Assembly: GCA_964488505.1 (NCBI GenBank)
Contig: CAZAUI010000005.1
Span: 17,954-81,953 of the forward strand
DNA length: 64,000 bases
Direction: 5' to 3'
DNA from: an uncultured Thermoplasmata archaeon
Lineage (GTDB): Archaea > Thermoplasmatota > Thermoplasmata > UBA10834
Position 1 is the stretch's first letter; every line of letters begins with the position of its first letter. A model generated the notes under the pieces. That model did no database searches, was not told the origin of the DNA, and worked only from the letters and a program-made list of their open reading frames with translations. The translations under genes were made by a program, and so were the position numbers. This document shows, piece after piece, positions 36,846-45,519 of this stretch.

Positions 36846-37397
36846 TCAGGGGAGGCCCGCAGCCTTGGCACAGAGTCTGACGGTCTCCCGCAGGCTTTCG
36901 ACGTTCTCCCTGGTATACAGACACGACGCAGGATGATACGCGACGAATGCGCGCACCTCGCGCCCGCCAACAGACGCCTTCCTCTCGCGGCCGGCGATGT
37001 CCTTCATCCTCGAGCGGTCGCCCAGGATGTGTCGGGCCACGGTCTGGCCCAGAAGGCACACGACCTTCGGCCGCGCCCGGGCGATCTCGGAGTCGATGTG
37101 CATCCGGCAGGCCTCGACCTCGTCCGTTCTCGGCCGCCGGTTCCCCGGAGGGCGGCATTTGACGAGGTTGGTGATGTAGACGTCGTCCCGGGAGACCCCG
37201 GCCGATCCGAGCGCGGAGTCCAGGACCTTGCCTGCCCGGCCTACGAAGGGCGAGCCCTTGACATCCTCGTCCCTTCCGGGAGCCTCTCCTATGAACATCA
37301 GCGGTGATGCGGGGTCCCCGGCACCGGAGACCACCTGCGTCCTCGTCTCTGACAGCCTGCACCTGTGGCAGTCCGGGTCCGTCCTCGGTGCCTTCAT
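36846..37397 (-). CDS. udg: Uracil-DNA glycosylase, family 4
   Basis: 183 aa. N-terminal CHRC, motif [12 protein letters not shown], and motif B AYHPAS. ATGA overlap with pyrE. Confidence 0.9.
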   Translation of the reverse strand: MKAPRTDPDCHRCRLSETRTQVVSGAGDPASPLMFIGEAPGRDEDVKGSPFVGRAGKVLDSALGSAGVSRDDVYITNLVKCRPPGNRRPRTDEVEACRMHIDSEIARARPKVVCLLGQTVARHILGDRSRMKDIAGRERKASVGGREVRAFVAYHPASCLYTRENVESLRETVRLCAKAAGLP

Positions 37398-37894
37398 ATC
37401 AGGTCCTTGGCCTTGAAGACGGAGACGAACTCGACGCCGTTCTCTGACAGGAGCTCCTTGGCCCCTTCCTCGCGGTCGACCACGGCGATGGCCTTGACGA
37501 CATGGGCGCCCTTCGCCCTGAGCGCGTTCACGACCCTCATTGCCGAGCCGCCGGTCGTCGCGACGTCCTCTACGACGACGAACTTCTCGCCAGGGACGAC
37601 CTCTCCTTCGATCAGCTCCTTCGTCCCGTGGTCCTTCGGCTCCTTCCTGACCATCACGAACCGCCTTCCTGTCTCGAGCGAGACCGCGACTGCGATCGGG
37701 ACCGCGCCCAGCGCCATGCCCGCGATTTTGCACTCGCCCACGTGGGGCGCCATGGCCTTGCCTATCTCCTTCAGCACGCCCGGGTCGGTGCTCGCCCTCT
37801 TGATGTTGACGAACATGTTGCTCTTCCGGCCCGATGCCAGAACGAACTCGCCGGTCTGCACCACCTTCATGTCCTTGAGCATCTGCTTGAGCAT
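37394..37894 (-). CDS. pyrE: Orotate phosphoribosyltransferase
   Basis: [11 protein letters not shown] and the PRPP loop [13 protein letters not shown]. Trimmed to the ATG at 37894 (MLKQMLKD...). Confidence 0.9.
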   Translation of the reverse strand: MLKQMLKDMKVVQTGEFVLASGRKSNMFVNIKRASTDPGVLKEIGKAMAPHVGECKIAGMALGAVPIAVAVSLETGRRFVMVRKEPKDHGTKELIEGEVVPGEKFVVVEDVATTGGSAMRVVNALRAKGAHVVKAIAVVDREEGAKELLSENGVEFVSVFKAKDLI

Positions 37895-37904
37895 CTTCGC
37901 ACCC

Positions 37905-38480
37905 CTACCAGGGCACATTCTTTTTGCCCAACTTATAACCTATGATGTTCACCGACCTGTGGAGCAGCGGCACGACCACGAGGAATGCCGCGAGGCCCCA
38001 TACGCCGTTGTCCTCCCAGAAGTGCCCGATGAACCAGCCGGGGCTGACTACCAGGGCCAGCAGTACGGCGCCGAAGACGAAGTTGTACTGGTCCAGTACC
38101 GGGGCCTTCCTTCCCCTGTCGACCCCCAGCCTCCTCTTCAGGAACGAGCCCAGACAGTCGCCCGTCATCGCGCCGAAGCTCAGGGCCGTGACGATGGCCA
38201 GGGCCCAGGGCAGGTCCCCGTACCCGTATGCGCTCTGCTCGTCGAGCATGACTGTCACGATGATCTGTATGGCGCCGACGCCGAGCCCTGTGAGCGCCCC
38301 GCCGAAGAAGCCTCTCCAGGTCTTCCCGTCCCCGAGGATCCTCTTCCCGCGCCAGCTCCTGCCGAGGTCCATCGGCGGGCCCCCGCCGAAAAGCACGGCG
38401 GCGGAGTTGGGCACGAGCGCCGGCAGCATCAGCCACAGGCCGGCCAGCGCGGCCTCCAAGGGTGACATCCGGGATGCCAT
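37905..38480 (-). CDS. carS: CDP-archaeol synthase
   Basis: 191 aa, multi-TM, DUF46/CarS pattern (LPALVPNSAAVLFGGG, GDGKTWRGFFGG, GDCLGSFLKRR). Confidence 0.85.
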   Translation of the reverse strand: MASRMSPLEAALAGLWLMLPALVPNSAAVLFGGGPPMDLGRSWRGKRILGDGKTWRGFFGGALTGLGVGAIQIIVTVMLDEQSAYGYGDLPWALAIVTALSFGAMTGDCLGSFLKRRLGVDRGRKAPVLDQYNFVFGAVLLALVVSPGWFIGHFWEDNGVWGLAAFLVVVPLLHRSVNIIGYKLGKKNVPW

Positions 38481-38525
38481 ATCGCGGAAGGGTTAATTAA
38501 CAGCACGTGCCCGCAGGCCCGTCCG

Positions 38526-40475
38526 TCAGCGCCCGGGCCATCTCACGGGGGCGTCGGGTCCCGCCGCCCTGGGCTCTTCCGGCCGCGAAGCGAAGAAGCC
38601 GTCGATGTCCTCGACGATGTCGTCCGAGCGCTTCGCGTCTATCGTGTCCCTGAAGTGCACTATCCTCTTGTCCAGTACGACGGCCACGCCCCTGTCCGTC
38701 TCGCTCCTGATCAGCCTGCCTATGGCCTGCTGGAGCTTCCTGCCCGTGGGTGCCTTGACCGCGTGCGACCATCCGTCCCCGAACCGCAGCTCGCAGAAGT
38801 GCTGGAGGGCCCTCTGCTTCGCCGTCGGCTTCGGGTAGGGTATGCCGGCGACGACGGCGACCTCCATCTCCGAGCCCGGGAAGTCCAGGCCCTCGCTCAC
38901 CCTCCCGCCGGCGATGGCGTGCATGACGGCGTTGCCGGAGGACGCCTTGAAGGCGCGGACCGCGTCCATGAGGCCCGCCTGGTCCATCTTGCGGCTCTCG
39001 AAGAAGACCTCCCTGCCCTGCGACGCGTCGCAGGTCTTGCTGGATATGCGCTCCATGAGCGCGTAGGACGGGTAGAACACGATCGTGCTCCTGGGCACCT
39101 CGGACAGTATGCGCGATATCCTCTCGGACATCCTGTCCAGGAGCGTGTCGTCCCTGCTGATGTCGTCGTGCTTCGTCGTCACGTCGTCGGAGTACAGGAC
39201 CAGCCTGTTCCCCGGGGGGAAGGGGGACGGCACCTCGACGAGGCGCGAGTCCTTCGGCAGGCCTATGGAGTCCCTGTAGTCGTCCAGGGGCTTCAGCGTC
39301 CCGGACATGTGTATGCTCGTGTGGCATTCCATGAGCGGCCGGCACGCGATCGACGCATCGAGGCAGTACGCCTCTATGGCCCTGGTGTCGCCTGAAGTCA
39401 CGAGCTTTATGTACTCCTCCTCGTCGAGCGCGTGCCAGAACGTGAGGAAGTTCGACGCCCCGAACACGTAGGACCTGGGCAGGCGCCCCGAGAGCTTCTT
39501 GTTGTCCCTGACCATCTCGCCGAAGTTGGACGCCTGCGTCAGGAGCCCGCGTATCCCCCGGCTCGTCTGGTGCGTCCTGAACATCAGCTCCTCCTCGACG
39601 AACGACTGCGGTATGATGCCGTCCTCGTCTATGAGGTACTCCTCGATGGCGGAGTCCAGGACCTCCTCGACCATGCACACGAAGTCCTTGAGGCTGGTGC
39701 CTTCGCACACCTCGGGGTCCCCGTACTCGTCTATCTCCCTGTGGGCCAGCCTCAGGGTGACGTTGCTGAGCTCGGCGGACTCCAGCTCCCTCGCGTACGA
39801 CGGGAGGTTGTGGGCCTCGTCGACCAGGACCACGATGTCCGCGGGCGAGCAGGCCATCCAGTCCATCAGGGCGTGCCTGATGAACCTGTCGAAGAACATG
39901 ATGTAGGGGCAGGCGACGACGTCGGCCACGGGCACGTGCATCTTGCAGACCTCGTACGGGCACAGGTCCCTCTCGACGCAGTGGTCGACGAACTCCTCCG
40001 CGGTCGGGAGCTCGTCCCTGGCGTACCGGAGCACTGGCGCGAGGTCGTCCGATATGGTGGCCGCGTAGAACCTGCACGCCTCCTCGTCCCCCTTCAGGAC
40101 CCTGGCCTTCCGCTCGCTGCAGACCTTCGAGAGCTCCTCGGGGTTCCCCTGGCTCAGCTCATCGTCCGTCGCGGCCAGGGGACACATGTTCCTCCGGCCC
40201 TGGAGCGCGACCCCGAAGACCTTCCTGCGCTCGGAGATCATGCGCAGCTCGAGCATGACCTGCCTCTGCTGGGAGTTGGTCCGGGTGAGGTACAGGAGCT
40301 TCTTTCCCCTCGACTTGCAGTGTTCGACGCAGGCCGAGAGCGCGCAGACGGTCTTGCCCGTGCCCGTGCCGCTCTCCACCACGGTGTGCGCCCGGGCGTC
40401 GCAGGCGTGCCCGACCGCCTGCATGAGACTCTCCTGGCCGGGCCTGGGAGCGTATGGGAACAGGGGCGATGCCAT
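38526..40475 (-). CDS. xpd: XPD/Rad3-type ATP-dependent 5'-3' DNA helicase
   Basis: Walker A ESGTGTGKT, DEAH box VLVDEAHNL, and a four-Cys FeS insertion (NMCPL, KVCSE, EACRF, DLCPY). Confidence 0.9.
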   Translation of the reverse strand: MASPLFPYAPRPGQESLMQAVGHACDARAHTVVESGTGTGKTVCALSACVEHCKSRGKKLLYLTRTNSQQRQVMLELRMISERRKVFGVALQGRRNMCPLAATDDELSQGNPEELSKVCSERKARVLKGDEEACRFYAATISDDLAPVLRYARDELPTAEEFVDHCVERDLCPYEVCKMHVPVADVVACPYIMFFDRFIRHALMDWMACSPADIVVLVDEAHNLPSYARELESAELSNVTLRLAHREIDEYGDPEVCEGTSLKDFVCMVEEVLDSAIEEYLIDEDGIIPQSFVEEELMFRTHQTSRGIRGLLTQASNFGEMVRDNKKLSGRLPRSYVFGASNFLTFWHALDEEEYIKLVTSGDTRAIEAYCLDASIACRPLMECHTSIHMSGTLKPLDDYRDSIGLPKDSRLVEVPSPFPPGNRLVLYSDDVTTKHDDISRDDTLLDRMSERISRILSEVPRSTIVFYPSYALMERISSKTCDASQGREVFFESRKMDQAGLMDAVRAFKASSGNAVMHAIAGGRVSEGLDFPGSEMEVAVVAGIPYPKPTAKQRALQHFCELRFGDGWSHAVKAPTGRKLQQAIGRLIRSETDRGVAVVLDKRIVHFRDTIDAKRSDDIVEDIDGFFASRPEEPRAAGPDAPVRWPGR

Positions 40476-40540
40476 GTGTCACGCCCAGGGTTCACACTGG
40501 TCAAATCGCTTTCGCTGGGCTCGGTGAAAGTAGACCGGGC

Positions 40541-40984
40541 TCACTCGCGGGTCCAGATGTCCTCAGGGATCTCGTCGTACACGCTGGACGACTCGCCGTC
40601 GCCGGAGATGGCGCCGCTGCGGCCGGTTATGAGCTCCTGGATGCGGTCCTTCCTGAACATCCAGTAGTGGATGCGCCACTCGCGGCCGTCGTAGAGGGTC
40701 GTCTCCTCGCGCTCGGTGACGAGGATGCCCGCGTCCTCGAGCATGTAGAACGCATCCCTGTCCTCCGGCTCGAGCACGTTGTCTATTATCCGCTCGCTGT
40801 ACCCGAAGAAGTTCATCACGTGCTGGGCCATCGCCCTCGCTTCCTCCTCGGGCATGCCCTGCTTGTCTATGCTGTTCTTGATCGCCTTGGTCAGGTGCTC
40901 GACGGTCAGAGTGCTGCCCGCCGGCTCGCTGTCGGACTTCTTCAGCTTGGTGATAATATTCAAAGACTCCCCTCGCCTTTTCAT
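40541..40984 (-). CDS. Hypothetical protein upstream of xpd
   Basis: 147-aa ORF with good G/C third-position bias and an acidic C-terminus (SVYDEIPEDIWTRE). No motif I can name. Confidence 0.6.
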   Translation of the reverse strand: MKRRGESLNIITKLKKSDSEPAGSTLTVEHLTKAIKNSIDKQGMPEEEARAMAQHVMNFFGYSERIIDNVLEPEDRDAFYMLEDAGILVTEREETTLYDGREWRIHYWMFRKDRIQELITGRSGAISGDGESSSVYDEIPEDIWTRE

Positions 40985-41154
40985 AACAAACCAACCCTAC
41001 AACCGAGAACCGCGCCGACTTACAACAGAAGGTTCATTTAGATTCCGGCCGTATAAATAGGTTGGTGTTCAACCCTCGGGCCCAAGGCGCCCCCAGGCTT
41101 CCGACGGCCGGGCGTCAGGCGCCCCGATGGACAGAGTTGTACGGAGGACGTGCG

Positions 41155-41451
41155 ATGTTGGCGGAGTTCAGCGTGGTCCCGATAGGCGAAGGGGAGAGTG
41201 TGGGCGAGTATGTGGCCGAGTGCGTCAGGATCGTGAAGGCTTCAGGGCTCCCTTACAGGCTCTGCCCCATGGGCACGGTGGTCGAGGGGGGCTACGACGA
41301 GGTCATGGAGGTGGTGCGCCAGTGCCACCTCAAGGTGACAGGCATGTGCGGGCGTGTCATCACGACCGTCAAGATGGACGACAGAAAGGGCGCGGAGGGC
41401 GCCATCGACAAGAAGATCGAGTCCGTGCTCAGAAGACTGGGAAATGAATAA
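41155..41451 (+). CDS. MTH1187/YkoF family (UPF0045) thiamine-binding-type protein
   Basis: MLAEFSVVPIGEGESVGEYVAECVRIV...CPMGTVVEG... over about 98 aa. Trimmed to the ATG at 41155. Confidence 0.85.
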   Translation: MLAEFSVVPIGEGESVGEYVAECVRIVKASGLPYRLCPMGTVVEGGYDEVMEVVRQCHLKVTGMCGRVITTVKMDDRKGAEGAIDKKIESVLRRLGNE

Positions 41452-41475
41452 GATAATGGGTTTGACGGGTTTCGC

Positions 41476-41868
41476 TTAGCCCAAAGGCCAGTCCAAGGAT
41501 ATCTCCTGTGGCCAGAAACCCACCCACGCGACCAGCAGCACGGCGCTGATGATCAAGGCGACCCTAACCCACATGTCCATGTCCGACCTGACGAGCCCGC
41601 CGACGAACAGGACGATGGTGATCAGCAACATCCCGAAGGACGCCACCAGCGTGCCCGCCTTCTCGATGTCGTTGTCGTCCGACATTCCGCTGATCACGGC
41701 ACCGAGCCAGAGCAGGAATATCGCCAGGACCAGTCCGAGCACCATCGGCAAGTCGGATACGGCTCGCTTGACGGTGTCGATCATCGGTTTCGGCGGTGCC
41801 TGATAGACGGGTGCATATCCCGGATACGGGCCCTGTTGAGCAGGTCCCATCGGTTGTCCAGATGCCAT
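41476..41868 (-). CDS. Small membrane protein with a Pro/Gly/Tyr-rich N-terminus
   Basis: 130 aa with three or four predicted TM helices. A TATA-like CTTTATAAG (reverse of 41896-41904) lies about 30 nt upstream. Confidence 0.6.
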   Translation of the reverse strand: MASGQPMGPAQQGPYPGYAPVYQAPPKPMIDTVKRAVSDLPMVLGLVLAIFLLWLGAVISGMSDDNDIEKAGTLVASFGMLLITIVLFVGGLVRSDMDMWVRVALIISAVLLVAWVGFWPQEISLDWPLG

Positions 41869-41929
41869 TTATACCCCTTCCGGCCGGATATTGGCTTATA
41901 AAGAGTATATATCTTTCGGAGCTGATTTT

Positions 41930-41960
41930 AAAAACACCGTCATCTGCCGTCGAAGACGGC
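41930..41960 (-). terminator. Hairpin plus U5 terminator-like element
   Basis: GCCGUCUUCGACGGC followed 11 nt later by UUUUU on the reverse strand. It lies immediately upstream of the next gene's TATA box. Confidence 0.4.
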
Positions 41961-42150
41961 TGCTGGCACGCGCGGCAGTGCTGCGTTTGTCTACTTCCTG
42001 TCCTCGCCGTTCTGACGCTTGTTCCTGACAACGACCGTGCGGCACTTCCGCACCCTTGCCACCACGGGCTTTCCAAAATGTATCTCCAAGTCGGCGCACT
42101 CCGTTCAGTTCGATTCTTCCCTGGTCGCTGGGTATAGGGGGTCTCGGACT
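41930..42150 (-). ncRNA. Candidate non-coding (or micro-ORF) transcription unit of unknown class
   Basis: A 360-nt gap between CDSs. On the reverse strand, TTTATATA (42179-42172) lies about 25 nt upstream of 42150. The unit ends with the hairpin GCCGUC-UUC-GACGGC (41960-41946) followed by U5 (41934-41930). Internal perfect hairpin GUGCGG-AAGUG-CCGCAC. The 87-aa track ORF here has atypical A/U-ending codons. Confidence 0.3.
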
Positions 42151-42171
42151 GGAAATCAATCGGTGTCGGCG

Positions 42172-42179
42172 TATATAAA
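42172..42179 (-). promoter_or_regulatory. TATA box of the orphan transcription unit
   Basis: The reverse strand reads GCGCTTAATTTATATAC. No CDS start lies downstream of it within 280 nt. Confidence 0.4.
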
Positions 42180-42228
42180 TTAAGCGCCCTACGGTATCAG
42201 AATTGACGTCAGGAGCCGACCCAGGCCC

Positions 42229-42759
42229 TCACTCCGGGTGTCGGTCCGGCCGTTCCCGGGCATACCTCTCGGCCTTCTCGAGGATCCTGTCCAATTCCCC
42301 TCTGAGGCGGGCCGCATCCGCGTCCGTTGCAGGTCGCGCGACGGCTGCGGGCGTCCCTGAGACCACGGACCCCGCGGGTATCTCCTTCCCTGGGGGCACC
42401 AGCGCCCCGGCAGCGACCATGCTCCCCTTGCCGACTCTCGCGCCGTCCAGGACGATGGCGCCTACGCCCACGAGGACTCCGTCCTCGACCACGCATCCGT
42501 GCAGGCGCGCCCCGTGCGACACGAGACAGCCCGCTCCGACCTTCACCGGGCGCCCCTCCGGCGCCTCGACGAACGCCATGTCCATGACGGCTGAACCCTC
42601 TCCTATCTCGACGGAGTCGTCGTCCGCGCGCAGGAGCGCGAACGGCCATACGCTGGCCCTCTCCCGGAGGGTCACGTCGCCTATCAGGAGGGCGCTCTCG
42701 TCCACATACGATCCTCCGTGCAGGCGCGGCCTCTTCCCGCCGACCTCCCTCAGCGCCAT
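42229..42759 (-). CDS. Gamma-class carbonic anhydrase family protein (hexapeptide repeat, YrdA/PaaY-like)
   Basis: 176 aa. Left-handed beta-helix repeats (IGDVTLRERASVWPFALLRAD, VGAGCLVSHGARLHGCVV, VGVGAIVLDGARVG). Confidence 0.85.
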   Translation of the reverse strand: MALREVGGKRPRLHGGSYVDESALLIGDVTLRERASVWPFALLRADDDSVEIGEGSAVMDMAFVEAPEGRPVKVGAGCLVSHGARLHGCVVEDGVLVGVGAIVLDGARVGKGSMVAAGALVPPGKEIPAGSVVSGTPAAVARPATDADAARLRGELDRILEKAERYARERPDRHPE

Positions 42760-42890
42760 CTCAGCACGGATGTTGTTCAGGGCTCATTATCTTAATCATG
42801 GGGCCGCCGTACCGCCCATGCGAACACCTTATCTATCGTGAAAGCTGTTAACGGAGCCTCAGAACCTCTCCACCCCGGAGGATAGACAAA

Positions 42891-44546
42891 TTGTCACATC
42901 CTGATGAGAAGAGAGCCCCCCTACTCGATGTCATCCAGTCGATCAACGGACGCATCTGCACGGCGTCAGACGCTGACGAGGCCTTCTCGCCGATAGCGGA
43001 CAGCCTGCGCTCGCTCATAGGCTCGGACTACGGCGCATTCCTCATACTGGAGGAGGACGGCCTGCACATGAGGCTCGTCGCGTCCTCCGGGCCGATGGAG
43101 ATATCCCGGGAGCTGCTAGCGGCTTACAGCTCGGACTTGAACGTGCGCACAGCCCTGTCCAGGGACAACAGGTCGAACGTGATGGTCTGGAACTCCCTCG
43201 AGTCCGTCCCGGGGGACATGCAAGAGCTGTTGGCCAGATACGGAGTGACCAACCTTATGGTCGCCTCGATCGTCTTCCGCAAGAGGGTCCTGGGCTATGT
43301 CGCAGTCGCGAACATGCAGGGAAGGCCTGCGTTCGAACCACAGGCGGAGGATACGCTCAGGGTGTTCGCCGACTACCTCGCGATCCCCGTCGACAGCGTG
43401 CGCACGGAATTCCTGATAAAGAGGAACGCCGAGGAGCGGCACAGGGTGCTGTCCATCGCTCCCATCGGCATCATGTCCCTCGACCCGAAGGGGATCATAC
43501 AATCCGTGAACAAGCAGATGCTGAAGGTGTTCGAGAAGGCCCGGAATGAGGAACTGGTGGGCACGAGCATCTTCGAGGTGCCCGCAGTGCACAGGTCCGG
43601 CCTGGACGCGCTCATCATCCAGGGTATGGAGGGGCACATGGGTGAGAAGGTGGACCTCCACTATGTCCAGAGGCCGGACAAGGCCGTGTACCTGCACGTC
43701 AAGATCGCCCCTCTCCTATCGGAGAAGGGGGATGTCCAGGGCATCGTCCTCGTCGCGATGGACACGACCTCCAAGGTGAGGCTGGAGAGCCAGCTGGAAC
43801 GCTCCTACGAGAAGCTGACGCAGACGTACCAGGAGCTCGAGAGGGTGACCAAGATGAAGACCCAGTTCATCGACGTCGTGTCGCACGAGCTCAGGACCCC
43901 GCTGACGGTGATGAGGGGCTACGTGGACCTTGTCGAGGGGGAGTACTCCCCCAAGCTCGACCCTCGGTTCGGGCAGAGGCTGAAGATAATCAGGGCGAAC
44001 ACCGACAAGCTCTACGGGCTCGTGGAGAGCATGCTCGACATAAGCAGGCTGGAGAAGGGCAGCCTGGAGATACACACGGAGCCGGTGAAGGTCGACACCA
44101 TACTCGAGGAGATCGTCGAATCGCGGCAGAAGAACGCCGAGGAGAAGAAACAGGTCCTGACGTTCTCCGTGGACGGGACGATACCCGTGGTGATGGCGGA
44201 CCGGAGGCGGATGAGGGACGTGTTCAACAACATCATCGACAACGCCATCAAGTACACGGAGGAGGGCGGCAGGGTGCAGGTGGGCTGCCGGGACGAGGGC
44301 AGGATCGTGCATGTCTGGGTGAAGGACAACGGGATCGGCATACCCCTGGAGAACCTCGGCAAGATATTCGACAGGTTCTACATCGTCGCGAAGGACGACC
44401 TGGCGCATCAGGTCGACAGGATAGGCCTCAGCCTGCCGATAGCGAAAGGGATAATCGAGGCCCACGGCGGGAGGCTGTGGGTCGAGAGCCAGGTGGGCAA
44501 AGGCAGCGTGTTCCACATAGACCTCCCCAAGGAGCAGACGAAGTAG
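42891..44546 (+). CDS. Sensor histidine kinase (GAF-like, PAS, HisKA, HATPase_c), cytoplasmic
   Basis: H-box VSHELRTPLTVMRGY, N-box NNIIDNAIKYT, G-boxes VKDNGIGIP and GLSLPIAKGIIEAHGG. TTG start 9 nt after GGAGGA. No TM segment. Confidence 0.9.
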   Translation: MSHPDEKRAPLLDVIQSINGRICTASDADEAFSPIADSLRSLIGSDYGAFLILEEDGLHMRLVASSGPMEISRELLAAYSSDLNVRTALSRDNRSNVMVWNSLESVPGDMQELLARYGVTNLMVASIVFRKRVLGYVAVANMQGRPAFEPQAEDTLRVFADYLAIPVDSVRTEFLIKRNAEERHRVLSIAPIGIMSLDPKGIIQSVNKQMLKVFEKARNEELVGTSIFEVPAVHRSGLDALIIQGMEGHMGEKVDLHYVQRPDKAVYLHVKIAPLLSEKGDVQGIVLVAMDTTSKVRLESQLERSYEKLTQTYQELERVTKMKTQFIDVVSHELRTPLTVMRGYVDLVEGEYSPKLDPRFGQRLKIIRANTDKLYGLVESMLDISRLEKGSLEIHTEPVKVDTILEEIVESRQKNAEEKKQVLTFSVDGTIPVVMADRRRMRDVFNNIIDNAIKYTEEGGRVQVGCRDEGRIVHVWVKDNGIGIPLENLGKIFDRFYIVAKDDLAHQVDRIGLSLPIAKGIIEAHGGRLWVESQVGKGSVFHIDLPKEQTK

Positions 44547-44588
44547 CCATGATAGGGTTCTAATACCCGGCCACAATCTCGTCCTTGC

Positions 44589-45500
44589 ATGCCTCCGAGG
44601 GACCGCCGCAACGCTGTGTTGCTCACGACGTTCGCGAGCCTCATCTGGGGCACTTCGTTCCCCGGGGTCAAGTGGGGGCTGGGCTATGCCGGGAACGACA
44701 TCTTCTTCCTCTGGCTCAGGTTCATCGTCGCCTCCGCGCTGACCCTCGCGATAGTCCTTCTGATCAAGAGGTTCTCGTTCAAGGTCCTGAAGGACCCGAT
44801 GATATGGTTGGTGGGGGCGTGCAACGCGGGCTCCTTCATAGCGCAGTATGTAGGCCTGACGCTGACGACCGCCTCCAAGACGGCGCTGCTAGTCGACATC
44901 AACGTGATAGCGGTGGCGATCGTCTCCTTCTTCGCCTTCAGAGAGCGCTTGAACAGGGTGCAGACCGTCGGAATCTTCGTGGGGATGGCGGGGATCGTGT
45001 TGCTCACCGCGGACGGCGGCCTCTCCTTCGCGGAGGACGAGTTCATGGGGGACATGATCGTGTACCTCTCAGGCTGGGGCTGGGCGTTCTTCATAGTGCT
45101 GAACAAGAAGCTGCTGTCCAGGTACTCAGCCGTAGAGGTCAGCACCGCCGCGATCGTGACCTCGTCCATCTGGCTGATATTCCCGGTGGCGTACCTGGGC
45201 ATGACCGGCGCGGACTTCACCATCGAGCCGATGGCCTGGGTTGCGATAGTCTACCTCGGCATCGCGTGCACCTCTGTGGCGACGCTCCTCTGGGCGATGG
45301 GCCTCGAGGGCGTCTCTGCGACGGCCTCGGCCACGATAATGCTGCTGGAGATAATCACGGCGCTGGTGATATCCATATTGTTGCTGGACGAGTCGTTGGA
45401 GCAGCTGGCCGTGATTGGCGCGGCCATGGTGCTCGCGGCGATATACCTCGTCGCATCGAGCGGCCACAAGGACGAGGCCCCCGCGGTCAGCCACACCTGA
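44589..45500 (+). CDS. EamA/DMT superfamily transporter
   Basis: 303 aa, about 10 TM helices, duplicated EamA-like halves. Confidence 0.85.
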   Translation: MPPRDRRNAVLLTTFASLIWGTSFPGVKWGLGYAGNDIFFLWLRFIVASALTLAIVLLIKRFSFKVLKDPMIWLVGACNAGSFIAQYVGLTLTTASKTALLVDINVIAVAIVSFFAFRERLNRVQTVGIFVGMAGIVLLTADGGLSFAEDEFMGDMIVYLSGWGWAFFIVLNKKLLSRYSAVEVSTAAIVTSSIWLIFPVAYLGMTGADFTIEPMAWVAIVYLGIACTSVATLLWAMGLEGVSATASATIMLLEIITALVISILLLDESLEQLAVIGAAMVLAAIYLVASSGHKDEAPAVSHT

Positions 45501-45519
45501 CGGGCGGAAACGGCATCCG

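Noticed and set aside
41050-41154. TPP riboswitch upstream of the MTH1187/YkoF-family thiamine-binding-type gene. The leader is about 90 nt, GC-rich, sits after the TATAAATAG box, and contains a repeated AGGCGCCCC.
   Set aside because: The universally conserved TPP-aptamer strings (CUGAGA and ACCUGAUCUGGAUAAUGCCAGCG-like) are absent. The repeats allow only short generic GC helices.
42095-42125. tRNA-like T-arm string GTTCGATTC on the plus strand.
   Set aside because: The flanking bases cannot form a T stem (TTCAG versus CTTCC), and there is no acceptor or anticodon arm in register on either strand.
41930-42150. RNase P RNA. The reverse strand contains UUUUGGAAAGCCCGUGG, resembling CR-I GGAAAGUCCGGGC. 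It is followed by GGCAAGGGUGCGGAAGUGCCGCAC, reminiscent of the GGGUGC...GCACC helices of RNase P.
   Set aside because: No 3' strand able to form P4 with AAGCCCGUGG (i.e. CCACGGGCUU / ACAGAA..GGCUUA-like CR-V) exists downstream. The unit is also only about 220 nt long. The resemblance is probably fortuitous, and an Infernal scan would settle it.
41896-42159. 87-aa track ORF in the orphan spacer.
   Set aside because: It has a TTG start with no SD. Many of its codons are A/U-ending, unlike all real genes here. It also reads through the hairpin/U5 element and the next gene's TATA box.
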